Assembly (NCBI GenBank): GCA_043798935.1
Contig: JAZDOC010000006.1
Location: 24,996 to 88,995 of the forward strand
DNA: 64,000 nucleotides
Direction of reading: 5' to 3'
Origin: Patescibacteria group bacterium
GTDB taxonomy: Bacteria > Patescibacteriota > Patescibacteriia > UBA9570 > JAHJKD01
Of the stretch, positions 10,673-19,187 are shown piece after piece (the stretch's first letter is position 1; the number at the start of each line of letters is the position of its first letter). The notes beneath the pieces are model-generated. The model was not told the DNA's origin and searched no databases. It saw nothing but the letters and a program-made list of their open reading frames with translations. Both the position numbers and the translations under genes were made by a program.

Positions 10673-10752
10673 TAGCCCCGCCCCTCACGGGCGTGGGCTA
10701 TTTTTAATTGAATGTTTAGCCCACTGGCATAAAGCCAGGGGCTAAATTTTTT
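10673..10752 (+). terminator. two tandem rho-independent terminators sharing a TAGCCC...GGGCTA stem
   Basis: TAGCCCCGCCCCTCACGGGCGTGGGCTA+TTTTT and TTAGCCCACTGGCATAAAGCCAGGGGCTAA+ATTTTTT. Confidence 0.45.
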
Positions 10753-10812
10753 AATTTAATATTAATGATTGCTCTTGCTTATTAATAATGATATACTTAG
10801 AACCATAATTTT

Positions 10813-11235
10813 ATGAAAAAATTAATTCATCAATTTAGCAAATTCGTAATTGTTGGTTTTACAAATACGGCACTTGATTTTTTTTCGTATTTGGCGCTCA
10901 CCAGATTATTTGCTTTCTGCTTTAACCACCCGGTTTTTTCTGCCATGGTATCTTTTTTTATTGCTAATTTAAACAGCTATTTACTAAATAAATATTGGAC
11001 ATTTTCAAACAAAAACAAACAGCATCATGTGCAATACAGTAAATTTTTAATTGTTAGTTTAATCGGTTTGGGTTTAAATTTATTAATTTTTGGCAGTCTA
11101 GTCCACTTGCAAGTTTATGATTTAATAGCCAAGCTTATTCCAGTGCCAATAGTAATGCTCTGGAATTTTATCGCCAATAAAATTTGGACATTTAAAGATA
11201 CTAAAAGCGGGGTAGACAAAATTAGCTCTTTCTAG
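10813..11235 (+). CDS. GtrA-family membrane protein (polyprenyl-phosphate-sugar flippase subunit)
   Basis: 140 aa, 4 TM helices, KFVIVGFTNTALDF ... WNFIANKIWTF typical GtrA signature. Confidence 0.7.
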   Translation: MKKLIHQFSKFVIVGFTNTALDFFSYLALTRLFAFCFNHPVFSAMVSFFIANLNSYLLNKYWTFSNKNKQHHVQYSKFLIVSLIGLGLNLLIFGSLVHLQVYDLIAKLIPVPIVMLWNFIANKIWTFKDTKSGVDKISSF

Positions 11236-11250
11236 TATATTATAAGGGCT

Positions 11251-11982
11251 ATGATTGACGTTTCTATTATCATTCCTGCTTATAATGAAGAGCAGAGAAT
11301 CAGCCAAACTTTACGTGATTATTTGATATATTTCAGCTCTAAAAAAGCTGAAATTATTGTAGTTCTAAATGGTTGCATAGATAATACAATCGATGTTGTA
11401 AAAACATTTCAAACACAATATCCTGATTTATTAAAATATATTGAAATTTCGGAGGCTGTGGGAAAAGGCGGAGCTGTCCAAGCAGGCTTTAAACAAGCCA
11501 AAGGTAATATTATTGGTTTTGTTGACGCCGATGAATCTACTTCGCCGGTTGAATATGATAAATTAATCCATGCTTTACCGGGCAATGACGGCGTTATCGC
11601 TTCTCGCTGGTTAAAAAAATCAATAGTTAAAGAGCGCACCTTGCTTCGTAAAATAACCAGTAAACTTTTCGTTTCATTAGTAAAATTATTTTTTAATTTA
11701 CCGTATCACGATACTCAATGTGGCGCTAAGGTGTTTACTGCGTCAGCCATTAATAAAATTTTACCGCAATTAGAAGTAAAAAATATGGCTTTTGACGTTG
11801 AATTATTAATTGCTTGTCGGGCCAATGATTTAAAAATTAAAGAAGTGCCAACTTTTTGGGTTGATAAAACCAGCTCGGCTTTGCTGGGGTCAAAAATTAA
11901 ATTAATAAAAAGTGCTATACTAATGTTTAAAACATTAATAAAAATAAGAAAAAAAAATTATGGTCAAAAAAGCCATCTTTGA
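11251..11982 (+). CDS. glycosyltransferase family 2, Dpm1/GtrB-like catalytic domain (no C-terminal TM)
   Basis: IIPAYNEEQRI, VDADEST (DxD) and QCGAKVF motifs of polyprenyl-phosphate sugar synthases. Confidence 0.75.
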   Translation: MIDVSIIIPAYNEEQRISQTLRDYLIYFSSKKAEIIVVLNGCIDNTIDVVKTFQTQYPDLLKYIEISEAVGKGGAVQAGFKQAKGNIIGFVDADESTSPVEYDKLIHALPGNDGVIASRWLKKSIVKERTLLRKITSKLFVSLVKLFFNLPYHDTQCGAKVFTASAINKILPQLEVKNMAFDVELLIACRANDLKIKEVPTFWVDKTSSALLGSKIKLIKSAILMFKTLIKIRKKNYGQKSHL

Positions 11983-13003
11983 TAAAAAAAATATATTAGT
12001 AATCGGCGGCGCCGGTTTTATCGGTTCTTTTTTATGCGACGAACTAGTTAAAACAAGCAAAGTAATTTGTATTGATAACTATATTTCTGGACGAATTGAA
12101 AATATAGAGCACTTATTGGGTAATGCTAATTTTATTTTTATTAAACACGATGCCGCGGAGCCCATTGACTTGGAAAAATTTCCGGAATTGGACAAATTTA
12201 AAATAAAATTTCAAGGTGTGCAAGAAGTTTACAATTTAGCTTGTCCAACCATTAAAAAAGATTTTGAAAAAAATATTGTAAATACTCTGTTGGCTAATTC
12301 TAAAGTTGTATACAACAGTTTAGAAGTCGCCAGAACTTATCAGGCTAAATATTTACTTGCTTCATCATCGTCTGTTTATGGAAATCCTTTGGCCGGACAG
12401 GAAGAAATGACCGAAGATTATTGGGGATTTGTTGATCCGGTTGGTCTTAGAAGCTGCTACAATGAAGGTAAGCGTTTTGCTGAAGCGTTTACAATTAATT
12501 ACGGTCGTCAGTATAATCTGGAAACTAAAATTGCCAGAATTTTCAACACTTATGGCCCGCGCATGCGTTTAAATTCCGGGCGCATGATCCCGGATTTTGT
12601 CCAATCGGCCGCTAATAACCAGGCGGTTGTGATCTACGGCGATGGCTCTGAACAAGACAGCTATTGTTATGTTGCCGATATTATTGACGGCTTGATTAAA
12701 TTTATGACTGCTTCTAAAACAGGCGTCATTAATTTTGGCGGGGCTGAAAAATATCGTATTATCGATATCGCTAATAGTATTATTCAGTTAACTGATTCTC
12801 ATTCTAATATTAAATTTGATGCTAAATTACCGTTTATCATCCGCGCCGGCCGAGCGAACATTACTAAAGCTAAAACTGAATTAAGCTGGATACCGGTTAC
12901 AAATTTAGCCACGGGTTTAAAGAAAACTGTCGACGACATGTTAGGTAGCCGAGTGCTCTCTTATGCATCAGTAATGAATAATTTAACTAATAATGAATCA
13001 TGA
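11960..13003 (+). CDS. UDP-glucuronate decarboxylase (UDP-xylose synthase)-like SDR
   Basis: VIGGAGFIGSFL Rossmann motif; DNYISGRIENIEHLLGNANFIFIKHD and YNEGKRFAE match UXS-family signatures. Confidence 0.75.
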   Translation: MVKKAIFDKKNILVIGGAGFIGSFLCDELVKTSKVICIDNYISGRIENIEHLLGNANFIFIKHDAAEPIDLEKFPELDKFKIKFQGVQEVYNLACPTIKKDFEKNIVNTLLANSKVVYNSLEVARTYQAKYLLASSSSVYGNPLAGQEEMTEDYWGFVDPVGLRSCYNEGKRFAEAFTINYGRQYNLETKIARIFNTYGPRMRLNSGRMIPDFVQSAANNQAVVIYGDGSEQDSYCYVADIIDGLIKFMTASKTGVINFGGAEKYRIIDIANSIIQLTDSHSNIKFDAKLPFIIRAGRANITKAKTELSWIPVTNLATGLKKTVDDMLGSRVLSYASVMNNLTNNES

Positions 13004-13941
13004 AAAATAAAAAAACAGTTTTAGTTACCGGCGGCGCCGGTTTTATTGGTTCGCATATTGTCGATAAATTAATTGTTAATAAATATCAAGTTATAGTAGT
13101 CGATGATTTATCTTGCGGTTGCGAGAAAAATGTAAATAAAAAAGCCGTATTACATAAGCTTAAAGTTCAAGATGAAAAGCTAGAAAATATTTTCAAAAAA
13201 AATAAATTTGATCATGTTTTTCATTTAGCGGCCCAAAAAAATGTTCGGGTTTCAGTGGATAATCCTATTCAAGACGCCAAAGATAATATTATCGGATCTT
13301 TGAATCTGCTGGAAAATTGTCGAAAATATAAAATTAGAAAAATAATTTTTTCGTCAACCGGCGGAGCTATTTATGGTGATACAAATATTTTACCAACTAC
13401 CGAGTCTCATTTGAATGCGCCAATTTCGCCTTATGGAGTGGCAAAATTATCCGTGGAAAAGTATTTGCATTATTATAATAAAGTGCATAAAATACGCTAC
13501 GTATGTTTGCGTTACGCCAACGTGTATGGGCCACGACAAGATCCCAAAGGTGAAGCTGGAGTAGTGGCAGTTTTCATTTCGCAATTATTAAAAAAATATA
13601 CCCCAGTTATTAATGGTAATGGCAAACAAACCAGAGATTATGTTTTTGTTGATGACGTGGTTCAAGCTAATATTTTAGCCATGAAGGAAAAAGCACAGGG
13701 GATTTATAATGTTGGTACCGGCATAGAAACTGATGTAAATAAATTATTTTTCGAAATTGCAAAAGGCATGAACTTGAAAATTAAGCCCAAACACGGCCCG
13801 GCATTAATCGGCGAGCAAATGACAAGTTGTTTAAGTAATAAAAAAATAAAAAAAGAATTAAATTTTAAAGTCGGCACAAATTTAACTGTCGGTATAAAAG
13901 AAACCATAAATTGGTTTAATGATAATTTTAAAAATAATTAA
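13000..13941 (+). CDS. NAD-dependent nucleotide-sugar epimerase/dehydratase (GalE-like, short form)
   Basis: VTGGAGFIGSHIVDKL; YxxxK in PYGVAKL; 313 aa. Confidence 0.65.
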   Translation: MKNKKTVLVTGGAGFIGSHIVDKLIVNKYQVIVVDDLSCGCEKNVNKKAVLHKLKVQDEKLENIFKKNKFDHVFHLAAQKNVRVSVDNPIQDAKDNIIGSLNLLENCRKYKIRKIIFSSTGGAIYGDTNILPTTESHLNAPISPYGVAKLSVEKYLHYYNKVHKIRYVCLRYANVYGPRQDPKGEAGVVAVFISQLLKKYTPVINGNGKQTRDYVFVDDVVQANILAMKEKAQGIYNVGTGIETDVNKLFFEIAKGMNLKIKPKHGPALIGEQMTSCLSNKKIKKELNFKVGTNLTVGIKETINWFNDNFKNN

Positions 13942-13953
13942 TATAATAACATC

Positions 13954-15261
13954 ATGAAAATTAGCGTTATTGGAACCGGATATGTAGGATTAGTATCCGG
14001 AACATGTTTAGCAGATATCGGTCATCAAGTTAATTGCTTGGATATCGATGAACAAAAAATAAAAAATTTAAACAGTGGAATCATTCCAATTTATGAACCC
14101 GATCTAGAGCAGTTAGTAAAACATAATATTGAAACCGGACGATTAACTTTTTCTACATCATTAAAAGATAATCTTAATGATAGTGAAGTAGTTTTTATCG
14201 CTGTGGGAACACCTTCAGCTGAAGACGGCCAAGCCGATTTACAGTATGTCTATGCTGTGGCTGAAGAAATTGGAAAGAATATCAATGGTTATAAAGTGAT
14301 TGTTGATAAAAGTACAGTACCGGTTGGTACGGGTAAAGAAGTGGAAAATATCATTAAAAAATATTATAACGGAGAATTTGATGTAGTGTCATGCCCGGAA
14401 TTTTTACGTGAAGGTTCAGCAGTCAAAGATTTTTACGAACCGGATAGAATAGTAATCGGCGTGCGAACTGAAAAGGCCGGAAAAATTATGCAGGATGTTT
14501 TTAAAGATGTTAAAGGAGAAAAATTTATTACTACTGTTGAAAGCGCAGAGCTAATTAAGTACGCTTCTAACGCTTTTTTAGCCACTAAAATTTCTTTTAT
14601 TAATGAAATTGCACATATCTGTGAAAAAGCCGGTGGTGATATCGAAGAAGTGGCTTATGGTGTAGGCTTAGATCAAAGAATCGGCTCTAAATTTTTAAAA
14701 GCCGGCATTGGCTGGGGAGGGAGTTGTTTTCCAAAAGATGTTAAAGCCTTGGATCAAATTGCCGGTAGCCATGGTTATGATTTTAAATTATTAAAATCGG
14801 TAATTGAAGTGAATAAACACCAACGCGATCATTTTGTTGATAAGATTAATAATTTTTTTAGTAACGATTTAAAAGGAAAAAAATTATGTGTTTTAGGCTT
14901 GGCGTTTAAAAATAATACCGACGATATCCGCGAATCGGCCGCGATTGACATTATAAAATTATTAATTCCTAGCGATGCTGATATTCATGCTTTTGATTAT
15001 GAAGCCACGGAAAACGCCAAACGAGTTTTAGGAGATAAAATAACTTATGCCGTTGATCCTTACGAAGCTATTAAAGACAGCGATGCTGTTTTAATAGTGA
15101 CGGAATGGAAAGAATTTAAAGAGCTGGATTGGTCGCGCATTCGCACATTAGTAAAAAATAAAGTTGTTTTTGACGGTCGTAATTTATTAAGCCGATCCAA
15201 AATGAAAGAGCTTGGTTATGCGTATTTTAGCATTGGAAAAAACGGCGAACATTTACAATAA
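13954..15261 (+). CDS. ugd: UDP-glucose 6-dehydrogenase
   Basis: MKISVIGTGYVGLVSG N-terminus, catalytic GGSCFPKDV motif, 435 aa. Confidence 0.85.
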   Translation: MKISVIGTGYVGLVSGTCLADIGHQVNCLDIDEQKIKNLNSGIIPIYEPDLEQLVKHNIETGRLTFSTSLKDNLNDSEVVFIAVGTPSAEDGQADLQYVYAVAEEIGKNINGYKVIVDKSTVPVGTGKEVENIIKKYYNGEFDVVSCPEFLREGSAVKDFYEPDRIVIGVRTEKAGKIMQDVFKDVKGEKFITTVESAELIKYASNAFLATKISFINEIAHICEKAGGDIEEVAYGVGLDQRIGSKFLKAGIGWGGSCFPKDVKALDQIAGSHGYDFKLLKSVIEVNKHQRDHFVDKINNFFSNDLKGKKLCVLGLAFKNNTDDIRESAAIDIIKLLIPSDADIHAFDYEATENAKRVLGDKITYAVDPYEAIKDSDAVLIVTEWKEFKELDWSRIRTLVKNKVVFDGRNLLSRSKMKELGYAYFSIGKNGEHLQ

Positions 15262-15265
15262 AAAT

Positions 15266-16204
15266 ATGAAACTGATTGTTAATATCCCTTGTTATAATGA
15301 GGAAGAAAATTTAGCCAGTGTTATTAAAGAGATCCCGCGATCGATTGAAGGTTTGGAATCGGTGGAAGTTTTAGTTTATGATGATGGTTCAACCGATGGT
15401 ACCGCGCAAATTGCAAAAAGCGCTGGGGCTGATTATGTAATTTCTCATAAAAAAAACAAGGGTTTGGCCGCCACGTTTAAAGATGCAATCTGGGAAGCAG
15501 TAGTACGCGGAGCTGATATTATAGTTAATACCGACGGCGATAATCATTATGATCAGTCCAAAATTGCCACTCTAATTGAACCGATTTTAAAAAAACAAGC
15601 CGATATTGTAATTGGCTCCAGAAAGAACCTGAATACAAAAAATAAAAATTTAAACAAATTTGGCAGTTTTGTAATGACTAAATGGGCTGGTATGCCTAAG
15701 TATGATGTTTCGACCGGATTTCGAGCGTATAATCGTGAAGCCGCATTAAAAATAGGAATATATTCACCACATACTTATTGTCATACTACTTTATTTTCGG
15801 CTCAAGATTTAAATTTAACAGTTAAACAAATTGCCATTGCTGATAGACCTGTTTCCAGACCATCAAGATTAATTAAAAATGTGCCTGATCATATTTGGAA
15901 AGCCGGCTGGAATATTGTTGGTAATGTGGTGATATTTAGATCTATGCGTTTTTTCGGATTTACCGGAGCGTTGTTGTTAATTTTGGGTTTATACCCCATG
16001 CTTAGGTTTGCGTATTATTATATTGTCGAGCAAGGTAATGGCCATATTCAATCTTTAATCGTTGGATCCATGTTAATGATGATTGGATATTTAAACATTG
16101 TTTTAGGACTGCTTGGCTCTTCAATCGGTTGGTCTCGAAAAGTATCTGAAGAAGCATTATATCGAATTAAAAAGATTGAATTAGATAAAAATAAAGAAGA
16201 GTAA
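15266..16204 (+). CDS. GT2 polyprenyl-phosphate glycosyltransferase (GtrB/ArnC/DPM-synthase-like, with C-terminal TM helices)
   Basis: NIPCYNEEENL, DDGSTDGT, TDGDNH (DxD); two C-terminal TM helices; start set at ATG after ugd stop. Confidence 0.7.
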   Translation: MKLIVNIPCYNEEENLASVIKEIPRSIEGLESVEVLVYDDGSTDGTAQIAKSAGADYVISHKKNKGLAATFKDAIWEAVVRGADIIVNTDGDNHYDQSKIATLIEPILKKQADIVIGSRKNLNTKNKNLNKFGSFVMTKWAGMPKYDVSTGFRAYNREAALKIGIYSPHTYCHTTLFSAQDLNLTVKQIAIADRPVSRPSRLIKNVPDHIWKAGWNIVGNVVIFRSMRFFGFTGALLLILGLYPMLRFAYYYIVEQGNGHIQSLIVGSMLMMIGYLNIVLGLLGSSIGWSRKVSEEALYRIKKIELDKNKEE

Positions 16205-16226
16205 TAAAACACTTCGATTCTTTTTT

Positions 16227-17249
16227 ATGAAAATACTATTTATTACCAGAAAGTATCCGCCGCAAATTGGAGGCATGGAAGCCTTTTCTTTTGGACTGAT
16301 TAATAATATTAAATGTGATAAAGAAATAATCGCTTTAAATAAAAAGCAAATTCATTTGCTTTGGTGGCTACCTTATGCATTAATTTTAACTTTATTTAAA
16401 GCGCGTCGTGTCGAGCACATACATTTAGGTGACGGACTGTTAGCGCCGATTGGATTTTTAATAAAAAAAATTTACCGCAAACCGGTATCAGTGACAGTTC
16501 ATGGATTAGACATTACTTATAATAATTTCATTTATCAAAATATAAATGTTAGAGCTCTGAAACATTTAGATAAAATTATTTGTGTTAGTAGTAGCACTAA
16601 GCAGGATTGTATTGAAAAAGGAGTTAGCGAAAGTATAATCGAAATTATTCCAAATGGTATTGATATAAATAAATTTTCAATTTTCAATTTTCAATTTTCT
16701 TCTTCACAAAATAAAATTTTACTAACTGTGGGTCGTTTAGTGAAAAGAAAAGGCGTGGAATGGTTTATTAAAGAAGTAATGCCTAAATTAGATCAAAATA
16801 TTATTTATTTGATTGCCGGTGATGGTCCGGAAATGCAAAATATTCATCATCAAATAATAAATTTAAATTTAGAACACAGAGTAAAATTATTAGGCAGAAT
16901 TAGTCATGAAAAATTAATCGAACTATATAATACAGCTGATCTATTCATTATGCCTAATATTCATGTAAAAGGGGACACAGAAGGGTTTGGAATTGTGGCG
17001 CTTGAAGCCGGCGCTTGCGGATTAATGACTCTAGCAACTGATATTGATGGTATCAGAGATGTTATTAAAGATAATGAAAATGGGTATTTATTGCCAGATA
17101 GAGATGCTCTAATGTGGGCTAATAAAGTGAATGAAATTATCAAGAGTGATTATGAAAGAATCAAAATATGTTCTTATATTCATAGGAATTATTCTTGGAG
17201 AGAAATAACTAATCAATATAAAAAAATATGGGAATCGAAAAAACATTAA
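16227..17249 (+). CDS. glycosyltransferase family 4
   Basis: EGFGIVALEAGACGLMTLATDIDGIRDVIKDNENGYLL. Confidence 0.75.
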   Translation: MKILFITRKYPPQIGGMEAFSFGLINNIKCDKEIIALNKKQIHLLWWLPYALILTLFKARRVEHIHLGDGLLAPIGFLIKKIYRKPVSVTVHGLDITYNNFIYQNINVRALKHLDKIICVSSSTKQDCIEKGVSESIIEIIPNGIDINKFSIFNFQFSSSQNKILLTVGRLVKRKGVEWFIKEVMPKLDQNIIYLIAGDGPEMQNIHHQIINLNLEHRVKLLGRISHEKLIELYNTADLFIMPNIHVKGDTEGFGIVALEAGACGLMTLATDIDGIRDVIKDNENGYLLPDRDALMWANKVNEIIKSDYERIKICSYIHRNYSWREITNQYKKIWESKKH

Positions 17250-17629
17250 GAACCGGTTTAGCAGCGGCTTTATTATCATCTGCGCCTGACGTCTTGGCCG
17301 GAAGAATAGATACTAATGAGGCTACAATTCATGCTGAAAAAAAGGAGTTTATGGATGCGTATAATGGAGCCATAGTAAACGAACCTGGTGCAACGCAGAT
17401 GTTTATCGACCTAGCTAATACATATTGGTATTCAGATCTGTTAGATTCAAATGAAGCGAAAAATTTCTGTGTTTGTATTTTAGAAGTCGCGGAAAATAAT
17501 AATAAAGCGTACGATGCGCTGAAATTAATAATATCAGATAGTAATTTTGCATTGAATTTACATGCAACTACTGCAGAAGAGACAAAATCATTACGACTAA
17601 GATTAGGTTTATTATTAGCTAATAAATAA
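17228..17629 (+). CDS. hypothetical protein
   Basis: 133-aa ORF with a 4-nt-type overlap to the upstream GT4 and balanced composition; preferred over the antisense ORF at 17329-17706. Confidence 0.35.
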   Translation: MGIEKTLRTGLAAALLSSAPDVLAGRIDTNEATIHAEKKEFMDAYNGAIVNEPGATQMFIDLANTYWYSDLLDSNEAKNFCVCILEVAENNNKAYDALKLIISDSNFALNLHATTAEETKSLRLRLGLLLANK

Positions 17630-17644
17630 AATTTTAATAATATA

Positions 17645-17673
17645 TTGACAATGCACTCTAATAGCACTACAAT
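17645..17673 (+). promoter_or_regulatory. consensus sigma70 promoter TTGACA-17-TACAAT
   Basis: Perfect -35 hexamer, exact 17-nt spacer, 5/6 -10 hexamer; sits in the only sizeable gap before the sat operon. Confidence 0.6.
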
Positions 17674-17683
17674 AAGAGTGTAT

Positions 17684-17706
17684 TTGATTAACACAAGGTT
17701 AATCAA
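17684..17706 (+). promoter_or_regulatory. perfect 9-bp inverted repeat TTGATTAAC-N5-GTTAATCAA (operator-like) just downstream of the predicted TSS
   Basis: Seen directly in the sequence; lies at about +5 to +27 of the promoter above. Confidence 0.5.
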
Positions 17707-17725
17707 AATATTTAAATAATTAAAG

Positions 17726-17758
17726 TTATGACCCAGCTTGCCTAGGTCAGAATAAAAA
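17726..17758 (+). other. conserved leader motif copy A (TTATGACCCAGCTTGCCTAGGTCAGAATAAAAA), ends 4 nt before the ATG at 17763
   Basis: 31/33 identical to a second copy at 51603-51635 with identical spacing to a start codon. Confidence 0.5.
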
Positions 17759-17762
17759 TTTT

Positions 17763-17987
17763 ATGGCCGAAATTATTATCCCTAATGATTTGAAAGAATC
17801 GTTAGAACAAATTGTAAAAGATTCTAATGAATTTAGCAGTGTTAATGATTATGCTACTTACATTCTTAAACAAGTAGCCGATAAGAAAAAAGCTTCTCAA
17901 ACACAATCTCATCAAGATCAGGCTTATTCTAAAGAAGATGAAGCTAAAATAAAAGAACGACTTCAAAATCTTGGTTATCTAGATTAA
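17763..17987 (+). CDS. small hypothetical protein, possible ribbon-helix-helix (CopG/Arc-like) DNA-binding protein
   Basis: 74 aa; N-terminal beta-strand-like IIIPNDLKESLEQIV followed by helices; first gene after the promoter/palindrome. Confidence 0.35.
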   Translation: MAEIIIPNDLKESLEQIVKDSNEFSSVNDYATYILKQVADKKKASQTQSHQDQAYSKEDEAKIKERLQNLGYLD

Positions 17988-18029
17988 ATTACAAATTGAT
18001 TAAAAATTGAAAAATTAATTATATATATT

Positions 18030-19178
18030 ATGATTCAACCTCATGGAAATGTTTTAATAAACAGAGTGTTAAAACCTGAAGATGCTTTAAAAGCCAAAAT
18101 TAAGGCTGATGGTTTAAAGAAGATTAAAATAGACGAAGAGTTAGTAAAAGAAGTTAAAAATATTGCGCGCGGTGTTTTTTCTCCGCTCGATGGTTTTATG
18201 AATAAAGCTGATTTTGAAAGCGTAGTAGAAAATATGCACTTGGCAAATGGCGTGGTTTGGCCTTTACCGTTTGTTTTAGATATTAACGATCAAGATGCAG
18301 AAAGTATTGCTGTAGGAGATCAAATTGCTTTAATAGATGATAATAACGAACCGATTGCCTTAATGAACGTGGAAGATAAATATAATTTTGACAAAGATAA
18401 TTTTGCTGTCAAAGTTTTTAAAACTAATGAATTAGCCCATCCGGGTGCTAAAATGGTGAGCGAAATGTATGATATATTAATTGGCGGTGAAATTGAATTA
18501 ATAGATAATTCTAAAGAGCCGTTTAATAGTTTCAATTTGGATCCGCTAGAAACCAGAACATTATTTAAAGAGCGCGGATGGAATACTGTCGTAGGTTTTC
18601 AAACCAGAAATGCTCCTCATTTAGCTCATGAATATATTCAGAGGTGTGCGCTCGAAATTTGCGATGGTTTATTTGTTAATCCGGTAATCGGCAAGAAAAA
18701 ATCCGGTGATTTTCAAGACCAGGTAATTTTAGATTCATATCAGGCGTTAATTAATAATTTTTTTCCTAAACAGAGAGTAGTAATGAGTATTTTACCGCTT
18801 AAAATGCGCTATGCCGGTCCGCGGGAAGCAATTTTTCACGCTATCGTACGCAAGAACTTTGGTTGTACTCATTTTATCGTGGGGCGCGATCACGCCGGCG
18901 TTGGTAAATATTACGGCACTTATGAAGCGCAAGAAATTTTCGATACAATCGAAGATTTAGGCATGACGATTTTAAAATTTGAACATTCATTCTATTGTAA
19001 AAAATGCCGGGCATTGGGAACCGCTAAAAATTGTCCGCATACCGACGAAGATCGTATTGGACCTTCAGGAACAATTATCAGAGAAATGATATCTAAAGGC
19101 GAACTGGTGCCAGAAGAAATTATGCGCCCGGAAATTTCTAAGGTTTTAATTGATGCCGATAAGACTTTTGTTGATTAA
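18030..19178 (+). CDS. sat: sulfate adenylyltransferase (ATP sulfurylase)
   Basis: GFQTRNAPHLAHEYIQ and VGRDHAGVG signature motifs; 382 aa homo-oligomeric type. Confidence 0.85.
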   Translation: MIQPHGNVLINRVLKPEDALKAKIKADGLKKIKIDEELVKEVKNIARGVFSPLDGFMNKADFESVVENMHLANGVVWPLPFVLDINDQDAESIAVGDQIALIDDNNEPIALMNVEDKYNFDKDNFAVKVFKTNELAHPGAKMVSEMYDILIGGEIELIDNSKEPFNSFNLDPLETRTLFKERGWNTVVGFQTRNAPHLAHEYIQRCALEICDGLFVNPVIGKKKSGDFQDQVILDSYQALINNFFPKQRVVMSILPLKMRYAGPREAIFHAIVRKNFGCTHFIVGRDHAGVGKYYGTYEAQEIFDTIEDLGMTILKFEHSFYCKKCRALGTAKNCPHTDEDRIGPSGTIIREMISKGELVPEEIMRPEISKVLIDADKTFVD

Positions 19179-19187
19179 AAATAAAGC

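Noticed and set aside
17329-17706. 125-aa minus-strand ORF
   Set aside because: It overlaps the plus-strand ORF 17228-17629 and runs across the strong plus-strand promoter and palindrome at 17645-17706. The plus-strand ORF, with its operon-like overlap to the upstream GT4, is preferred.
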